Shown in pieces: positions 37,267 to 49,731 of a stretch of 64,000 nucleotides of DNA (position 1 is its first letter; each line of letters starts with the position of its first letter). Source of the stretch: Ruditapes philippinarum. Taxonomy: Eukaryota. The stretch spans positions 186,001-250,000 of the forward strand of contig NW_026862005.1 of assembly GCF_026571515.1 (NCBI RefSeq), given 5' to 3'. A program made the position numbers and the translations under genes. The notes below the pieces were generated by a model. That model did no database searches. It was given only the letters and a program-made list of their open reading frames with translations, and was not told where the DNA came from.

Positions 37267-38478
37267 TTTAAGATTATTTACCAAGTACTGATGTATACAC
37301 TATACAATATAGACTGATACTTAGTTAACTATTAGAATAATCATTGACAAAATAAAGATATTTACAATACTATAAGTGAATAGAACAGCAATATATGATA
37401 ATCGATAGTTGATATAGTATCCGCTTGAAAAACAGCTCCCGTTTTTTCTTGTTAAAATTATAATAAAAATTGATCTGAGCGATGTTCAACGGCAACTTAA
37501 AAGATTTGTCCTTTTGATGCGAAAACCAAAAAAAAAATGCTTCTTTAAAAAAGACAAACATGAGTTAATCATCTTTAAATAGTGGTTTATCTAGCATGTT
37601 TGAGGCTTTGATCATGAAAAAGTAGTGCTGAATGTGAAAGTATTTGTCATAAAATTTAGCCAAAATACAAAGTAAAATTTGACTTCGATACAAAATTCTA
37701 AATCAGTATAACTGTGCTTATTTCCAGAAAGCAAATCAGGCGAAATATGATTCAGTTAATTGGTAAATAAGTAAGTGTTTCAGTGTTTGAAACCTATAAC
37801 AGAATATCAAATATAAACAATTGTTTGTGAAATAAAATAAAAACCTTTATGGGGCATAACGGGCCTTTACAAACTTCCTAGTCAGGTTTAACCAATAGCG
37901 AACTATGTGTATACATGTCTACTGATAAGAATATTAAATCTTATCTTGATAATAAAACAAATTACCTTTACATGCTGTTATCTTTCTATGTCGTTCATCG
38001 CTATTTACACAGGATATGTGCATGTCTATATGTTGAACAGTAAAAACGTTATGTCGTTGAAGAGAACATGTCCGGTGTGGATCAGTACATTACTGATAAG
38101 GCCTTTATCTGATTAAAATCCCACATCCTAACTCCGCAAAACATTCAAAGTCTGTATTTAATTTTCTGTCGGAATTAAAACCATACTGGGATGAACATAA
38201 GTCCAATCAGTTAAATTTTCACGTGACAGATAATAAAAATGAGTAAATTTATAACGAAACGAAATCAATGACATTTCATCTGATAACTATATCAAAGGGT
38301 TAAAAGTAACAGCAGTTGTAACCGTCTAGTATGATCTTCCCACAATGCACCAGCTATTACTGTTGCAATCGTAACTTCTCGGCTTTCTCCGGCGACTTCG
38401 TCGGGGTGTACCGATTGCTTTCGAGAAATGTTAAAGTTTATGGTTTATGATAATGTGATAAATTGTTATATAGAAGAT

Positions 38479-38628
38479 ATTTGTTTAGTTCAGTGTAAGA
38501 TCGAAATATATTTCAAGGAGTGAGCACCAAACGGTATATTTCACGAGTGGCGCAGCCACGAGTGAACTATGAACTTTCGGTGTTCACAAGGTGAAATATA
38601 TGTCGATCTTACACTAAACTAGTTAAAT
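38479..38628 (+). mobile_element. Long hairpin, family 2, copy 2
   Basis: Paralog of 16412-16561; core CACGAGTGGC-gca-GCCACGAGTG. Confidence 0.7.
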
Positions 38629-41234
38629 TTCATTTTTATTATATGCAAAAAAACGTTTTAAAAAGATATTAAATCTAATACTGAATGAAAAGCGCGCCAA
38701 ATAATAATACAACGTGACGTCATTTACTCACTATAGGTAAACACAGAATGAATACATATATATATAATTTAGGCAGACTTTTACTCTATATATTGGAATA
38801 AACCTAGTCAACAAAAAATATGATAAACAAGATCAACAACGAAAGGCTGCGTTCAATGAACGCAACCCCAATATAATTTTATATCTCCCAGTAATCACTT
38901 ACTATTTGTTTGCATGTTTAGTTTCTTAGCGGATGTAAGACCGTAATACAAAATTCGTTCTATGTATTCGAGGTCAAAATCTGTAGTTTGACGGAAGGGG
39001 CCGAAAAGATGCGATTGATACATGCTCAAATACGTCTCATCAATTTCTTTCTTATATTTATGTTTGACTTTAATAATTTATTAACAAAGCTCACAGTACT
39101 GGTATTTCCAGGTATTTCCATGCAGCCGATGTTTACATTGGTCAAAGGTATTACACCTTCATACTCGAGTTTTCTTATGGATCTGTTCCTCATTGGCCAA
39201 GATACCCGTCTCAGGCAGCACGGCTTCTGTTGTGTTATTGAATCATCAGAACAAACTTCCACGAGGTCTATGTTTACTATCAACCTACATACTTTTTTTT
39301 GAGGCAGCACCAGCTTTTGATTTGTAATTCAATCATCAAAACAAATGTATAGGAATAAATAAACTCAAAGAAACACAATAAGAATAGCAATAAACTGTTA
39401 TGGTGTTAAAATAGTAAGTGTTTCTACAAGTAGGTTTAGAGGCACCCACTTTCTTGTTATGTAATGTTCTTTAATAGTTTGCTCAGGAGTAGTGATTAAG
39501 ATGATCTTATATTGGAGGTAAAAGCTAATCGCCAAGGTAATACCACCTTTTGAATGCAAAGGGAAATAAAACACAAATACTGAATAAGTTTCAATCAAAA
39601 AAATATATTATGAACTAACTTTTTATTTACAGTTAACAAAAAGTTACTTAAAGGTAACAGTTTTACAATATGCACTCTAGTATTAACTGTTCTTATCTAA
39701 TCTAAATATATCAAACAATGATTTTGAATTAGGGATTTGAAACCGTTAAAAAGAAGTGTCATTATGTAAAAATTATCTGAAAGTATGAAAAATAACCTTA
39801 ATGATTCTGTGCTATTTAACTGACAAATAAAGAGTAGCAACCCCTGTTTCAAAGTTGTACCACCAAGAATGAAAACCTAATATTTATAAATGGCCAAAAT
39901 TTTTAAAAAACAAAGAAAAAAATTAATTGATCTTAATTACTTCGGAAATAAAAGAAATTACTAAAATTACTTACAAATTTATCAAAAATGTTTCGAGGAA
40001 TTAAGATAATTTCTAAGGTTTACTTAATACCAAAGTGCCTAAAATAAATTCTATAATTAGTTAGTAAACTTTAGAGAGCTTTAAGAGATGTAATTCTTTA
40101 AAAAATAGCAGCAGAAAAACAAAACTCCCTGAGATGTCTGGTTTAATAAAATTTTGTGTCCTAGAGGGGGGCTATCATTTACATACAGGTGGCACTGTGT
40201 GTAGCAACTCATCTGATTGGTCTGCAATTTACTGCTTATCAGAATTTACTTAATAAATGCTTTAGGATTATAATTTCTTTGCATAACTATTCTTATAATA
40301 TATTGTGATTCATGGAAAAGTTTAAGAAAAAAACATTAACATTTTCTACAAAAGATAACAATAATAACAAAGTTCTACAAAGTAATTAAAAGAATCAAAA
40401 TACCACTTAGAAACTAATGATATTTATAAACATATGCGGATGCTTAATCAACAAATTCTATTCCACTAAGTTTAAAGGCCAGAGTAAGAGGACGTAGAAC
40501 CAATTTCTATATAAATTGTGCATAACTATATAAAAGAATCTTAAGCCAAGTGTCTCTAAAAGAATTATCACTAAGTTCTACAAGGTTGCTTAATACGATT
40601 AAACGAGTAAAAAAAATCAACATTAAACTCTTTGAATGATAAGAATGAAATGTCCATAAAACAATACATGTATTCAATATCACTAAGTTTTTGTAGAATA
40701 TTTACAAGTTTAAGTCAATCAAAAAGTGACTTTTGAGTGAATATGTATTACGTACTCAAAACATAAAATTGTATTCTTTAAATGTTGTTTCGATCATCGT
40801 TGCGATCACACCCTCATGTAAACATTATCAGCATTGTGTTGAGGACAGTTCCTTTTTTTTTAATAATGCTATCTCCCTTTGATTCTGTGAAACGAGCCTG
40901 TGTCGATCTGTATTACACAAAAGTTTGCCGCTTTATACCTTTTCAGTATAACGTTCTTGTCACCCACTGTATATCATGACAAAGATTTTATTGGAGATTT
41001 ATCCGAATAGGTCTTATTCATCAAATAATGGTTATATCTCTTTAATTGAATCACCGTGAATTTCAACTGTTATGTTCTATATCAAATCGACACATCATGT
41101 GTAGATCCAACCGGCAATTTTAACATTTCTTTAACTTAGAACGGCGGATAGCTTTCTCATCCCCGATCACACAAAGTCAAATAAATACATGTTAATTCAT
41201 GATCTACATTCGTCGAACTCGAAGTTTAGCAGTT

Positions 41235-42974
41235 CTAAGAGGTAATATTGTATACCTTTAGGCGATCAGAACCGTCAAAACTAACGTATAGCTTCGACAT
41301 CGAAGCAGAAAAAAGCAACGCTTGAGGGTTATAATCGTTGAACTTTAACAAAACTTCCTTATCCGTATTTTTAGTGTCATCGGTATGATAAACATGTATA
41401 CTATCAGTCCCGGATTCACAGACATAAATGAAGCTATCCCCATCGGTCGTTATCCCAAAAGGATGCCAGATGCGTGGCGAATACTGATATGTACTTAATG
41501 TGTCAATGTCCACTTTGTAAAAACTGTCATTCAACCAGTCACTGACGTAAAACACCCTTTCCACCATATTAGTATTTAAATAGTAAGGACATTGAAAAAG
41601 AGACTCTCCCTTTTCATCTTTATCAATTGTGTGAATAACACGTCCGCTGAAGTTCATTATCTGTACTTTACCACGATTATCAGCCGTCATTTCAATGACC
41701 AACTTTTCATCACCAATGTACGCAATATCGGCGCAATACATTTCTGTCAATATAAAGTGCGGCATAAAAAAGAGTTGTTTAGCATTTGTTAGTTTCACAA
41801 ACTGAATAACACACCGGCTCTCATCTTTCTCATATAACCGAGCCATAGCCATCTCAGAGTCTGTAATCTTAGTTAGAGCTTCTGGTGTTGTTATCACAGA
41901 TCGGCGATACAACAACTTCTTGCTTTTAACATCGACTAACTTCAGGCAACAATTACTTCTGTCAGACATAACGAGATATTGTTCGGCCAATAAACATAAA
42001 TCGAATGTACGACAGTCTTCCTGATCCATCTTATCCTTTACATTTATATCTGCAACAATGTACGCTGTCTTTCCCGTTCTTTTGTCTAGATATTTTTGAG
42101 ATGTTTCAACGCATCGTCCAAACGTTTTAACTCTGCTGATCAAATCATTCAATTCCTTTTTCATTACATCCTCAAATTGTGTGTCTATCTTTAATGAATC
42201 CTTTTTCAGATTACGCACAATATCATTCAGTTGTGTCAAATCTCCGCTCATTTGCTTCATTTTCAGAAATAACGTGTACTTTCGACCTTTTGGGAATTGT
42301 TGTATTGTTTTGATGTTCTCTGATAGTTTATCGGTTTCATTGTGCAGCACTGCACACTTTTGTTTCGCTCGATCAATGTTCAAAACATCTTTTTTCTTCG
42401 CTGTTTGTATAGTTTTCTCTAAATTTGAGATTTCTTCGTCGAATGGTGCAAATATATCCTCTTTCATTCTTTGTATCAAAGATTTAGCTTCTGTTGCAAA
42501 AGCAGAAACGCTCTCATATTTTACATCTATGTTTCCTTTGAAATCTGACAAACGTTTAGCAATGTTACTATTATAAGCTTTTATATCTTTCAGTTCCTCT
42601 GTCACTTTAGTATCCGTAACATAATCTGGTAAATATCTCAAGTTACAGGTATCTTTGTGTAGCTCCGGTTTACATATACAACAAACAAATTTATTGCAAG
42701 TAGTACAAAAATACTTCAAAATCTCCTTGTTATGTGTCTTACATTTTTCAATACACAAGTCTTGGGGCATGTTTACTCCTTCCAGAGGTTTATGACCAGG
42801 GAAAAACCTACCATGACATTTCAGACAAATCAAACAAAAGTAGGTCACACAAACAGAACAAAATGCACAGGCTATCTTTTGTTGTCCTTCTCTATGACAA
42901 GGTTCGCAGTACATTTCGAAAACGTCTTCGGAGCCCTTGATTTCTGTTTCGTGTAATGTTTTTGACTTGGCCAT
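41235..42974 (-). CDS. RING-less TRIM-like B-box/coiled-coil/NHL-like propeller protein, paralog 5 (579 aa from MAKSK)
   Basis: Intact ORF; closest to paralog 3; alternative in-frame ATG at 43001. Confidence 0.92.
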   Translation of the reverse strand: MAKSKTLHETEIKGSEDVFEMYCEPCHREGQQKIACAFCSVCVTYFCLICLKCHGRFFPGHKPLEGVNMPQDLCIEKCKTHNKEILKYFCTTCNKFVCCICKPELHKDTCNLRYLPDYVTDTKVTEELKDIKAYNSNIAKRLSDFKGNIDVKYESVSAFATEAKSLIQRMKEDIFAPFDEEISNLEKTIQTAKKKDVLNIDRAKQKCAVLHNETDKLSENIKTIQQFPKGRKYTLFLKMKQMSGDLTQLNDIVRNLKKDSLKIDTQFEDVMKKELNDLISRVKTFGRCVETSQKYLDKRTGKTAYIVADINVKDKMDQEDCRTFDLCLLAEQYLVMSDRSNCCLKLVDVKSKKLLYRRSVITTPEALTKITDSEMAMARLYEKDESRCVIQFVKLTNAKQLFFMPHFILTEMYCADIAYIGDEKLVIEMTADNRGKVQIMNFSGRVIHTIDKDEKGESLFQCPYYLNTNMVERVFYVSDWLNDSFYKVDIDTLSTYQYSPRIWHPFGITTDGDSFIYVCESGTDSIHVYHTDDTKNTDKEVLLKFNDYNPQALLFSASMSKLYVSFDGSDRLKVYNITS

Positions 42975-43816
42975 CGTTGCTAGCGTCCTTTTCTTATACA
43001 TCCTTATTTGAGACGAATAAAATAAAGTGAACAATAACTGAAGAAATTCTTAAAAATACATGTAGATATGGCGTTGATAAAAAAATTTAATTTGAAACAA
43101 ACATGAAATAAACAACAACTGTAAATGTACTGTTTTGTTTTAATTGCAATCAATTTATGCTGCAAATGGTAAGCAATACAAATGTTAAAAATCGTTGTGG
43201 TTTTAAAATATGTACCGTTCAAAAATATAAAACTTATTCAAACTAAACGTTAAGAATTTCAGACTAACACAAAGCTTTAACAGTCTAAGATCTTTCCCAA
43301 TGGGAAAATTAGAAGTGTTTGTTATTGAAAATGCTCCCGATCGTTGGAGTGTTTGTTATTGAAACTATCTAAAACGTTACCCAGCACAATTTTTCATAAA
43401 GTTTTAGGGTATGGAGGATGCCTTTTTTCCATATGGGAAAAACACTGTCACTGTCACTAACAAGCAATTAATTTGTACAATTGATTAAGGATAAAAGTAT
43501 TTTACAACATTCTTGATGAAAGTATTTACATTTGATTTGAAACAGCATTACTACTACCAAGACCATTTCTTTCTACAGTTTATTTTACAGAATTCGAGGT
43601 CTGTTTGTGCCAGGGTATTCAAAATAGTTTATAATGTAAATTATAAAAGAGTGAATCGGTGAGCAAAAAGTTATTATTACACTGTTGTAGGATTTAAGAG
43701 TAGCTTTTAATTAGGCCCTACTATCATACTACCAACCAATGGAAATGTAGTTAATGTTCTAAGTAAAAAGATTTTACTATGTTGTAACAAATATTAGACA
43801 GTCATAAGCAGCGATA

Positions 43817-43867
43817 TGACGTCATAAAATATGCAACTTATTCATAAAAGGCGTCAGAATGACGTCA
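43817..43867. promoter_or_regulatory. Two full CRE palindromes upstream of paralog 5
   Basis: TGACGTCA at 43817-43824 and 43860-43867; the second lies in the same cagaATGACGTCATt context as upstream of paralogs 2 and 4. Confidence 0.4.
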
Positions 43868-44980
43868 TTACCTTACATGGATTGATTTAGTAACGATGTA
43901 CACATATACTATCCAATCTGGTACATATGTTAATATTGTTAGAATATTTTTATTAGAAAAAAGATATAGATAATTTAATTTGTTATTTTCTTTTCTTTAT
44001 TACTTTAGCAACAATACTTTAGGGAGCCAGAAACTCGACTCCGGCCGAAAAATAATAGCATTAGTGAAATCCCTTATGTAAAAAATAAAATTAGGATATT
44101 ATTTATGTGAAATCCTATATCCCTTATGTTAGAATCGAAATAATATTGGTCTGAGTGGTTTTGATGCTAAAATTTATAAACTTATAAACTTCCTAGATAA
44201 CTTTCATCAATAGCGAAATGTGCTTGTAGATCTACATTAATATTAAAGCATACAGTATATTGATAATAAGTGAAATTACCTTAAATTTCATTATTTTTCT
44301 ATGTCGTTTACACTTATTTACATAGGACATATACATGTGTATATGTTGAACAGCAGAGTCTTTATGTCATTGAGCATAACTTGTCCCATTTGGATTTCAC
44401 TGTCCATTTGTTTACACAAGGCCTTTATCTGATCTGATTATATAATCCTTCATTTCAAAACAAAAGTCCAACTAGTTCTATCTGGGTTAAAGTTTATGAA
44501 AACTGTCGATATATTAATCATGCTAAGTAACTATTTAGCTAAACATAAGTTCAATCAGTTTAATTTTCACGTGTCAGTTATTAAAATGGTGTAAATAACG
44601 ATACAAAATCAATGTCATTTCCTCTGATAACTATACAAAAACCCACATAGGAACTTAAAAAAGACTTAAAATTTGTTGAGGTGTATTGATTGCTATCAAC
44701 TGAATCGGGTAAAGAATTGGTAAAGTTTATGGGTAATGACAAGTGTTATCAAAAGAATTATGGTCGATGAACGAAACATAAAGACCGATAGCATGCATAG
44801 ATCTAAGTAATTGAATATAAAAAAATGTGACTTTATTTCTTGTGACACAAGGAACAGAGTTTAAATTAACCACAATTCATGAGAAAGACGAATAAGACTT
44901 CGATATTTTTTAAAGTTTTTCATTGTAAGAAAATGAAAAAAATATCTTTTTCCTCTCAAAAGGAAAATCATGTAATGAAT

Positions 44981-45480
44981 AACAAGATATGTGAAATATG
45001 TATGATAACGAAGATTACAGTTGACAATGGAATTTAATTAGAGTTTGAATGGTGAACATTTGTGCCAACCAAGCAATTCTAAAATATCGTGCAAAAATGA
45101 CAAAATTTAGGGACGGACGCAAATGATATTTATATTTAGACCTGACGTGTACGTAGCATCGCCTTAATTATACGGATCTAGGTCTTAATGAGTCTTTCAC
45201 TAGATCTCACATAGGTTAACATAAGTGCCAGGTGATTACAAAATCCATCAAAGAATTAGTTAAGGACCGGACCATGCATTTATTATATTTTACTTCTGTA
45301 TATGGCCTTTAGCTTTATGCTATTGCCTGCGATGTACCGATCTATTTGACAAGTAGATAAATGGACGCAAAAAGAAGAGTTTCTATATCACCTGCCTTTA
45401 TGTTTTCGAACTTCCTTCAATTTAAAGCTTCCGGGTTAGATATTGTGCGCGACACACCGTGTCATGATGAAGAACATGTG
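44981..45480 (+). mobile_element. Degenerate Helentron/HINE-like element with ~160-bp satellite-like units
   Basis: Begins aacaag; recurring tgaacatttgtgcca / taacataagtgcca / gacacaccgtgtcatgatgaagaacatgtg motifs resemble, from recall, bivalve HINE-associated repeats. Confidence 0.4.
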
Positions 45481-46209
45481 GAAATAGTGTGAGTTTTCTG
45501 TATTTTTTTCCTGCTCACGAATCCCCCCTTTACATACATTCATTCATGGTCCGTAGTGGCCTGACATTAATTATGTATTTCCTATAAAATATTTATAATA
45601 AGAATAAATACAAATGTGACAGAATCACTTGGAACAATATTGAAAGTAGCCATGAATAACATGTTGATCTGTTTATATAGATTTAACCATAAAATGAAGT
45701 ATACTAGAGCAAAAATAAGGTAGATATGCTAGACAACGTAAACAAGAAAGGTACACTATTTTAGATACGTTTACATCATGTTTATCGTTTACATGCAGTT
45801 TTATTTCATTTTCTAAAACGAATTTTTATTCCATCATCGTTTTTTTTTGGTTACATTTACTAATCATTTATAAAAACCTGTCAAGGAATCTGAAACACTT
45901 TGAGTTTTGTCAACTTAGCCGCATTCCGTATTGGTCACTTATAAGGGTTACTTGATTGGAGAGGTCATGTCTAGGAATCTTACGTATGACCTCTCCACGG
46001 AGTTTAGAATGAATGCTCGCGGCACTTTGAGAATAAATTGAAATTAATAATCTCATTAAAACCTAAAATCATAAGAACCGGTCAATAAAAAACAAAACAA
46101 AACATAATATCGTTATATGCATGCAAACTTAGCATCGAGGTGAACAAATCGATAAATGGAAAAATCGGATAATATCATTTACGTTAGATCTAACATTTAG
46201 AACTCAATT

Positions 46210-46883
46210 AAAGCGTATAAATTGATACATGTGTCTTCTAAGTTTAATAAGGGTTTATCCGTCCTTTCAGGCACTGAGAGGTAAAACCCCGGACACGTCA
46301 CCAAGCATGTCCTTAAATAGTATTAAATTGTATTGCCAAAAGGTGACCTATTAATTTTGATTCCAGTAATTCACTGATTGCGACTTAATATGTGTTGTTG
46401 TTTTTTCTATTCGATGTATAATACACATGACTAAGTGATGCAAGGGAGTCCAATGACACCATTAATTGCATCAAGCTAAAATGTAAAATGTTGATGAAGT
46501 TACCAAAATAATAAGCTAAGTATACCCGACTCTGTAAGTTCATATCGGACTATCATGTCAGATTTTTTTTATAAAGAAACTATATACAAGTACAACTAAA
46601 CTTTTTTTTATTTAACATGCATAAGTAGGAACCATGCGTTTCCTGAATGAAAACAAACAAACAAAACAAAACTATTTAGTGAACCGTGCTCCGAAATTGT
46701 GCTGCTCCGTTAACTTAGGAACACCATGCCGATTATTCCTAATTGGAACTTATCCAAAGGAAATAGCCATAAATTTATTCTGCCTATTCATTAAACATAC
46801 GTACTAAACAAATATTCCACAACTGCAAAACGACCACTCGCATATTTTTTTTAAAAAAAGTAGGATATCAATGTTTTGGCAAT
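46210..46883. repeat. ~670-bp segment duplicated in inverted orientation at 54170-54886
   Basis: For example cctttcaggcactgagagg, tattgccaaaaggtgacctattaattttgatt and aatattccacaactgcaaaacgaccactcgcata all appear reverse-complemented. Confidence 0.9.
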
Positions 46884-47280
46884 TGAACAATTGTACACTT
46901 GGCATATTTATAAGTTTGATAATTTATTTATTATATTTTATTTTACAAAACTTTCGTGGTCAACTGTAAAGTCAACTTTAACTGTATTCTCTTAATCCTC
47001 AATAAATTACCCATTGACAGCTACTAGTATTTGACGAGTGTTCATTTCAATTTACAGTCAACAATGCAAGACAAAATGACAAAAACATTCTGCTGTATAT
47101 ATTTTATACACAATGTAATTGACAATACTGAATACTGTACCGGAAACACATCGACTGTTTTTCTAAAGGCTTCTAAAGTGATTTCAATCTTAAATCATGT
47201 TTTCAATAAATCAAGCGTAATTGTCACTTCTTATAAGATATCAAAGCTATTATGTGTTAGATTTAAACGTAAGTTATCAT

Positions 47281-47355
47281 GTTAGGCAAATCGATCGCCG
47301 AGATATGACAAAAATGCCTTTAAATCGGCGTAAAATTCAAAACAAGCAAACCAAC
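47281..47355 (+). mobile_element. Degenerate mollusc-type SINE 3' tail
   Basis: gttagg..cgccgagatatgac..cggcgtaaaattcaaaacaagcaaaccaac: stem (cgccga/tcggcg) plus AAAC-type tail. Confidence 0.45.
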
Positions 47356-47661
47356 AGGAAATGTTTTCATTCAACTTTTTTTTTATTTCAATTTAAGAGA
47401 TAAGTATTCATGTCTGATAACAGTCTCTTTAAATATAAAAAATATTGAACTTCAACCCGACAATGAAACTGCAAAAATATTTTTTATACTAGGAACTCTT
47501 TTTCTTGTTATTTTCATTCATACATGCGAATTTTAAAGTGAATAATTCACCAATATTTCTATCCATTATTCTTACGTTTCTATGTTGTGTGTTGGATACC
47601 TATTACATATTTAACATGGAATTACCATCGACACTTTGATAAATTTCATTCAACCACACTA

Positions 47662-49731
47662 TCATGTAATTTTAAACACTTTGATTGCATCATAACCTGT
47701 CTGGCCAACGTACAACTTCTTCTCGGCTGAGCTGAAGCAAATGCCAGATGGATTCCAATAGTTTGGACGTGTTTGCAATAACGCAACCTTCTCGGATTCG
47801 TCACGGTGTGGATGAAAGTAGACTATTTTCCCAGAACCAGCTTCAATGATGTACAAAAATCCCTCATCATCAATTGTTATACCTTCTGGGTGCCACATAT
47901 AGGCCACTGGTCTGGTTTTATAACTTCGGAGATCAATTTCAATTACCTTGTCTCTATACCAGTCACTAACATATGCATACGTTTCATTGTCGTTTACCGT
48001 TATACAGTATGGATTTTTGAATATGTCTTCTTCATCACTGTCTGTTTCAATATTAACCAATACATCACCATCCATATCAATAATTTGAACTTTTCCTTCA
48101 TTGTCCTGACACATTGAAATTATGAATCTGTCATATTTCAGGTAAACAGCAGTATAACAAGTCATTTCTGTAGTTATGTATCGCTTTTGGAATTTCAGTT
48201 TATGGAACTTCGTTAAAGTTAAAAACTGTATCTTACTGGTACACATATAACTGCCTCGGACAAAGGCAATTTGATGATCATCTATTTTTGTAACAGTTTC
48301 TGGTGCAAAGTCAACAGACCTTACGTGAACGATTTGATTAAGTTTTACATCAAATAACTTGAGCGAACAATTACTCTTATCACACAGGACAAGGAATTGT
48401 TCAGACAACAAACAGCAGTCAATTATGTTGCATTTTTCCTCATCTGTATCGGCTTCCACGTTTATATCATCCAAAGCACATGCTTTCTTTCTTTGTTTTG
48501 CCTCGGCTTCCTTTGTTACTATTAGTGGAATACTCTGTCGCAACAAAGTTCCAAAGTCTCCAACTTCTTTAGATATTCTTTTAACTTTGTCTTCTAAATC
48601 TGATTCAGGACTACAGATACTTATTTTTTCAATCCAATCTTCTGCTTTCTTAATTGTACATTTAAGCTGTTCTAATTCTATGAACACCTGATATTTTTTG
48701 TGGCCAGGAATTGATGCTAGCGTTTTGATACTTAATGACAGCTTATCGATTTTTAGAGTCAACGATTCATTTGTTTCTTTCAGAGAATCAACAATCGTGC
48801 AATCATGATTCTTGATCATCTGGATCATAGATTCAATATCCTCAGCTTGTTTGTCAAACTCTTCAAAACCACTATCCTTTTCTCGCTTAATTACACTATG
48901 TGTTTCTGAAGAAATTTTGTTCAAATGATCAAGTTTTGTAGCAACAGCTTCTTCTGTGTCTGAAACTCTGTTTCTAAATGTTTTATGATGTGAGTGTACC
49001 GATTCAAATTCTTTTTCAAAATCTTGACCTTTCAGTAAGTCGGGTAAATATTGTAGACTGCATGAATCTGTATGCAAATCTTCTTTACAAATTGTACAAA
49101 CAAAGTCTCCACACGTATCACAATGAAACTTTACTATCTCGTTGGTATGGGTTTTACATTTTTCAGAACATAAATCCAAATACATGTCGTCTCCGATTAT
49201 ATACTTATGCTTTCGCAAAAATTTCCCGTGGTGTTTAAGGCATGCTGAGCAAAAGTACGCCACGCAAGAAGTGCAGAAAGCATACGCCGACGCGTGTATT
49301 CCGTCTCTCATGCAAACTTCACAAAACATTTCAAAGATTTCATCCGAACCATTTGTTCTACTATTTCCTTCTGGCTGTGTTAAACTTTCAACTGGTTGTG
49401 TCGAACTTTCACATGGCTTTGTCGTACTTTCTGCCGACTGTTTCAAACTTCCATCTGTCTTTGTCGAACTGTCAACTGGCTGAATAAGACATACAACTGG
49501 TTGTATCGAACTTTTAACTGGCTGTGTCGAACCTTCTATTGGCTGAGTCGAACTTTCATCTAGCTGTATCAAACCTTCATCTGGCTTTGTCGAACCTTCA
49601 ATTTGCTGTGTCGAGCTTTCAGTTGCCTTTATCGAACTTTCAACTGACTGTTTAGAACTTATAATGTTTTTATTCATACCATCAATTTTATGACGATTCT
49701 CACAATCTAAGTAACTTTTACGCTCAGCCAT
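47662..49731 (-). CDS. RING-less TRIM-like B-box/coiled-coil/NHL-like propeller protein, paralog 6, with an N-terminal S/T/Q/P-rich repeat extension (689 aa)
   Basis: Intact ORF; same domains; divergent subfamily (YVSDWYR, MWHPEGITIDDEG). Confidence 0.92.
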   Translation of the reverse strand: MAERKSYLDCENRHKIDGMNKNIISSKQSVESSIKATESSTQQIEGSTKPDEGLIQLDESSTQPIEGSTQPVKSSIQPVVCLIQPVDSSTKTDGSLKQSAESTTKPCESSTQPVESLTQPEGNSRTNGSDEIFEMFCEVCMRDGIHASAYAFCTSCVAYFCSACLKHHGKFLRKHKYIIGDDMYLDLCSEKCKTHTNEIVKFHCDTCGDFVCTICKEDLHTDSCSLQYLPDLLKGQDFEKEFESVHSHHKTFRNRVSDTEEAVATKLDHLNKISSETHSVIKREKDSGFEEFDKQAEDIESMIQMIKNHDCTIVDSLKETNESLTLKIDKLSLSIKTLASIPGHKKYQVFIELEQLKCTIKKAEDWIEKISICSPESDLEDKVKRISKEVGDFGTLLRQSIPLIVTKEAEAKQRKKACALDDINVEADTDEEKCNIIDCCLLSEQFLVLCDKSNCSLKLFDVKLNQIVHVRSVDFAPETVTKIDDHQIAFVRGSYMCTSKIQFLTLTKFHKLKFQKRYITTEMTCYTAVYLKYDRFIISMCQDNEGKVQIIDMDGDVLVNIETDSDEEDIFKNPYCITVNDNETYAYVSDWYRDKVIEIDLRSYKTRPVAYMWHPEGITIDDEGFLYIIEAGSGKIVYFHPHRDESEKVALLQTRPNYWNPSGICFSSAEKKLYVGQTGYDAIKVFKIT
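49366..49659 (-). repeat. Coding minisatellite, 14 x 21 bp (7-aa consensus SSTQPVE)
   Basis: SSKQSVE SSIKATE SSTQQIE GSTKPDE GLIQLDE SSTQPIE GSTQPVK ... SSTQPVE SLTQPEG; DNA unit ~tgtcgaactttcaactggttg. Confidence 0.9.

Noticed and set aside
49366-49659. Common origin of the 21-bp coding repeat and the 21-bp MITE satellite
   Set aside because: Same period but no sequence similarity.
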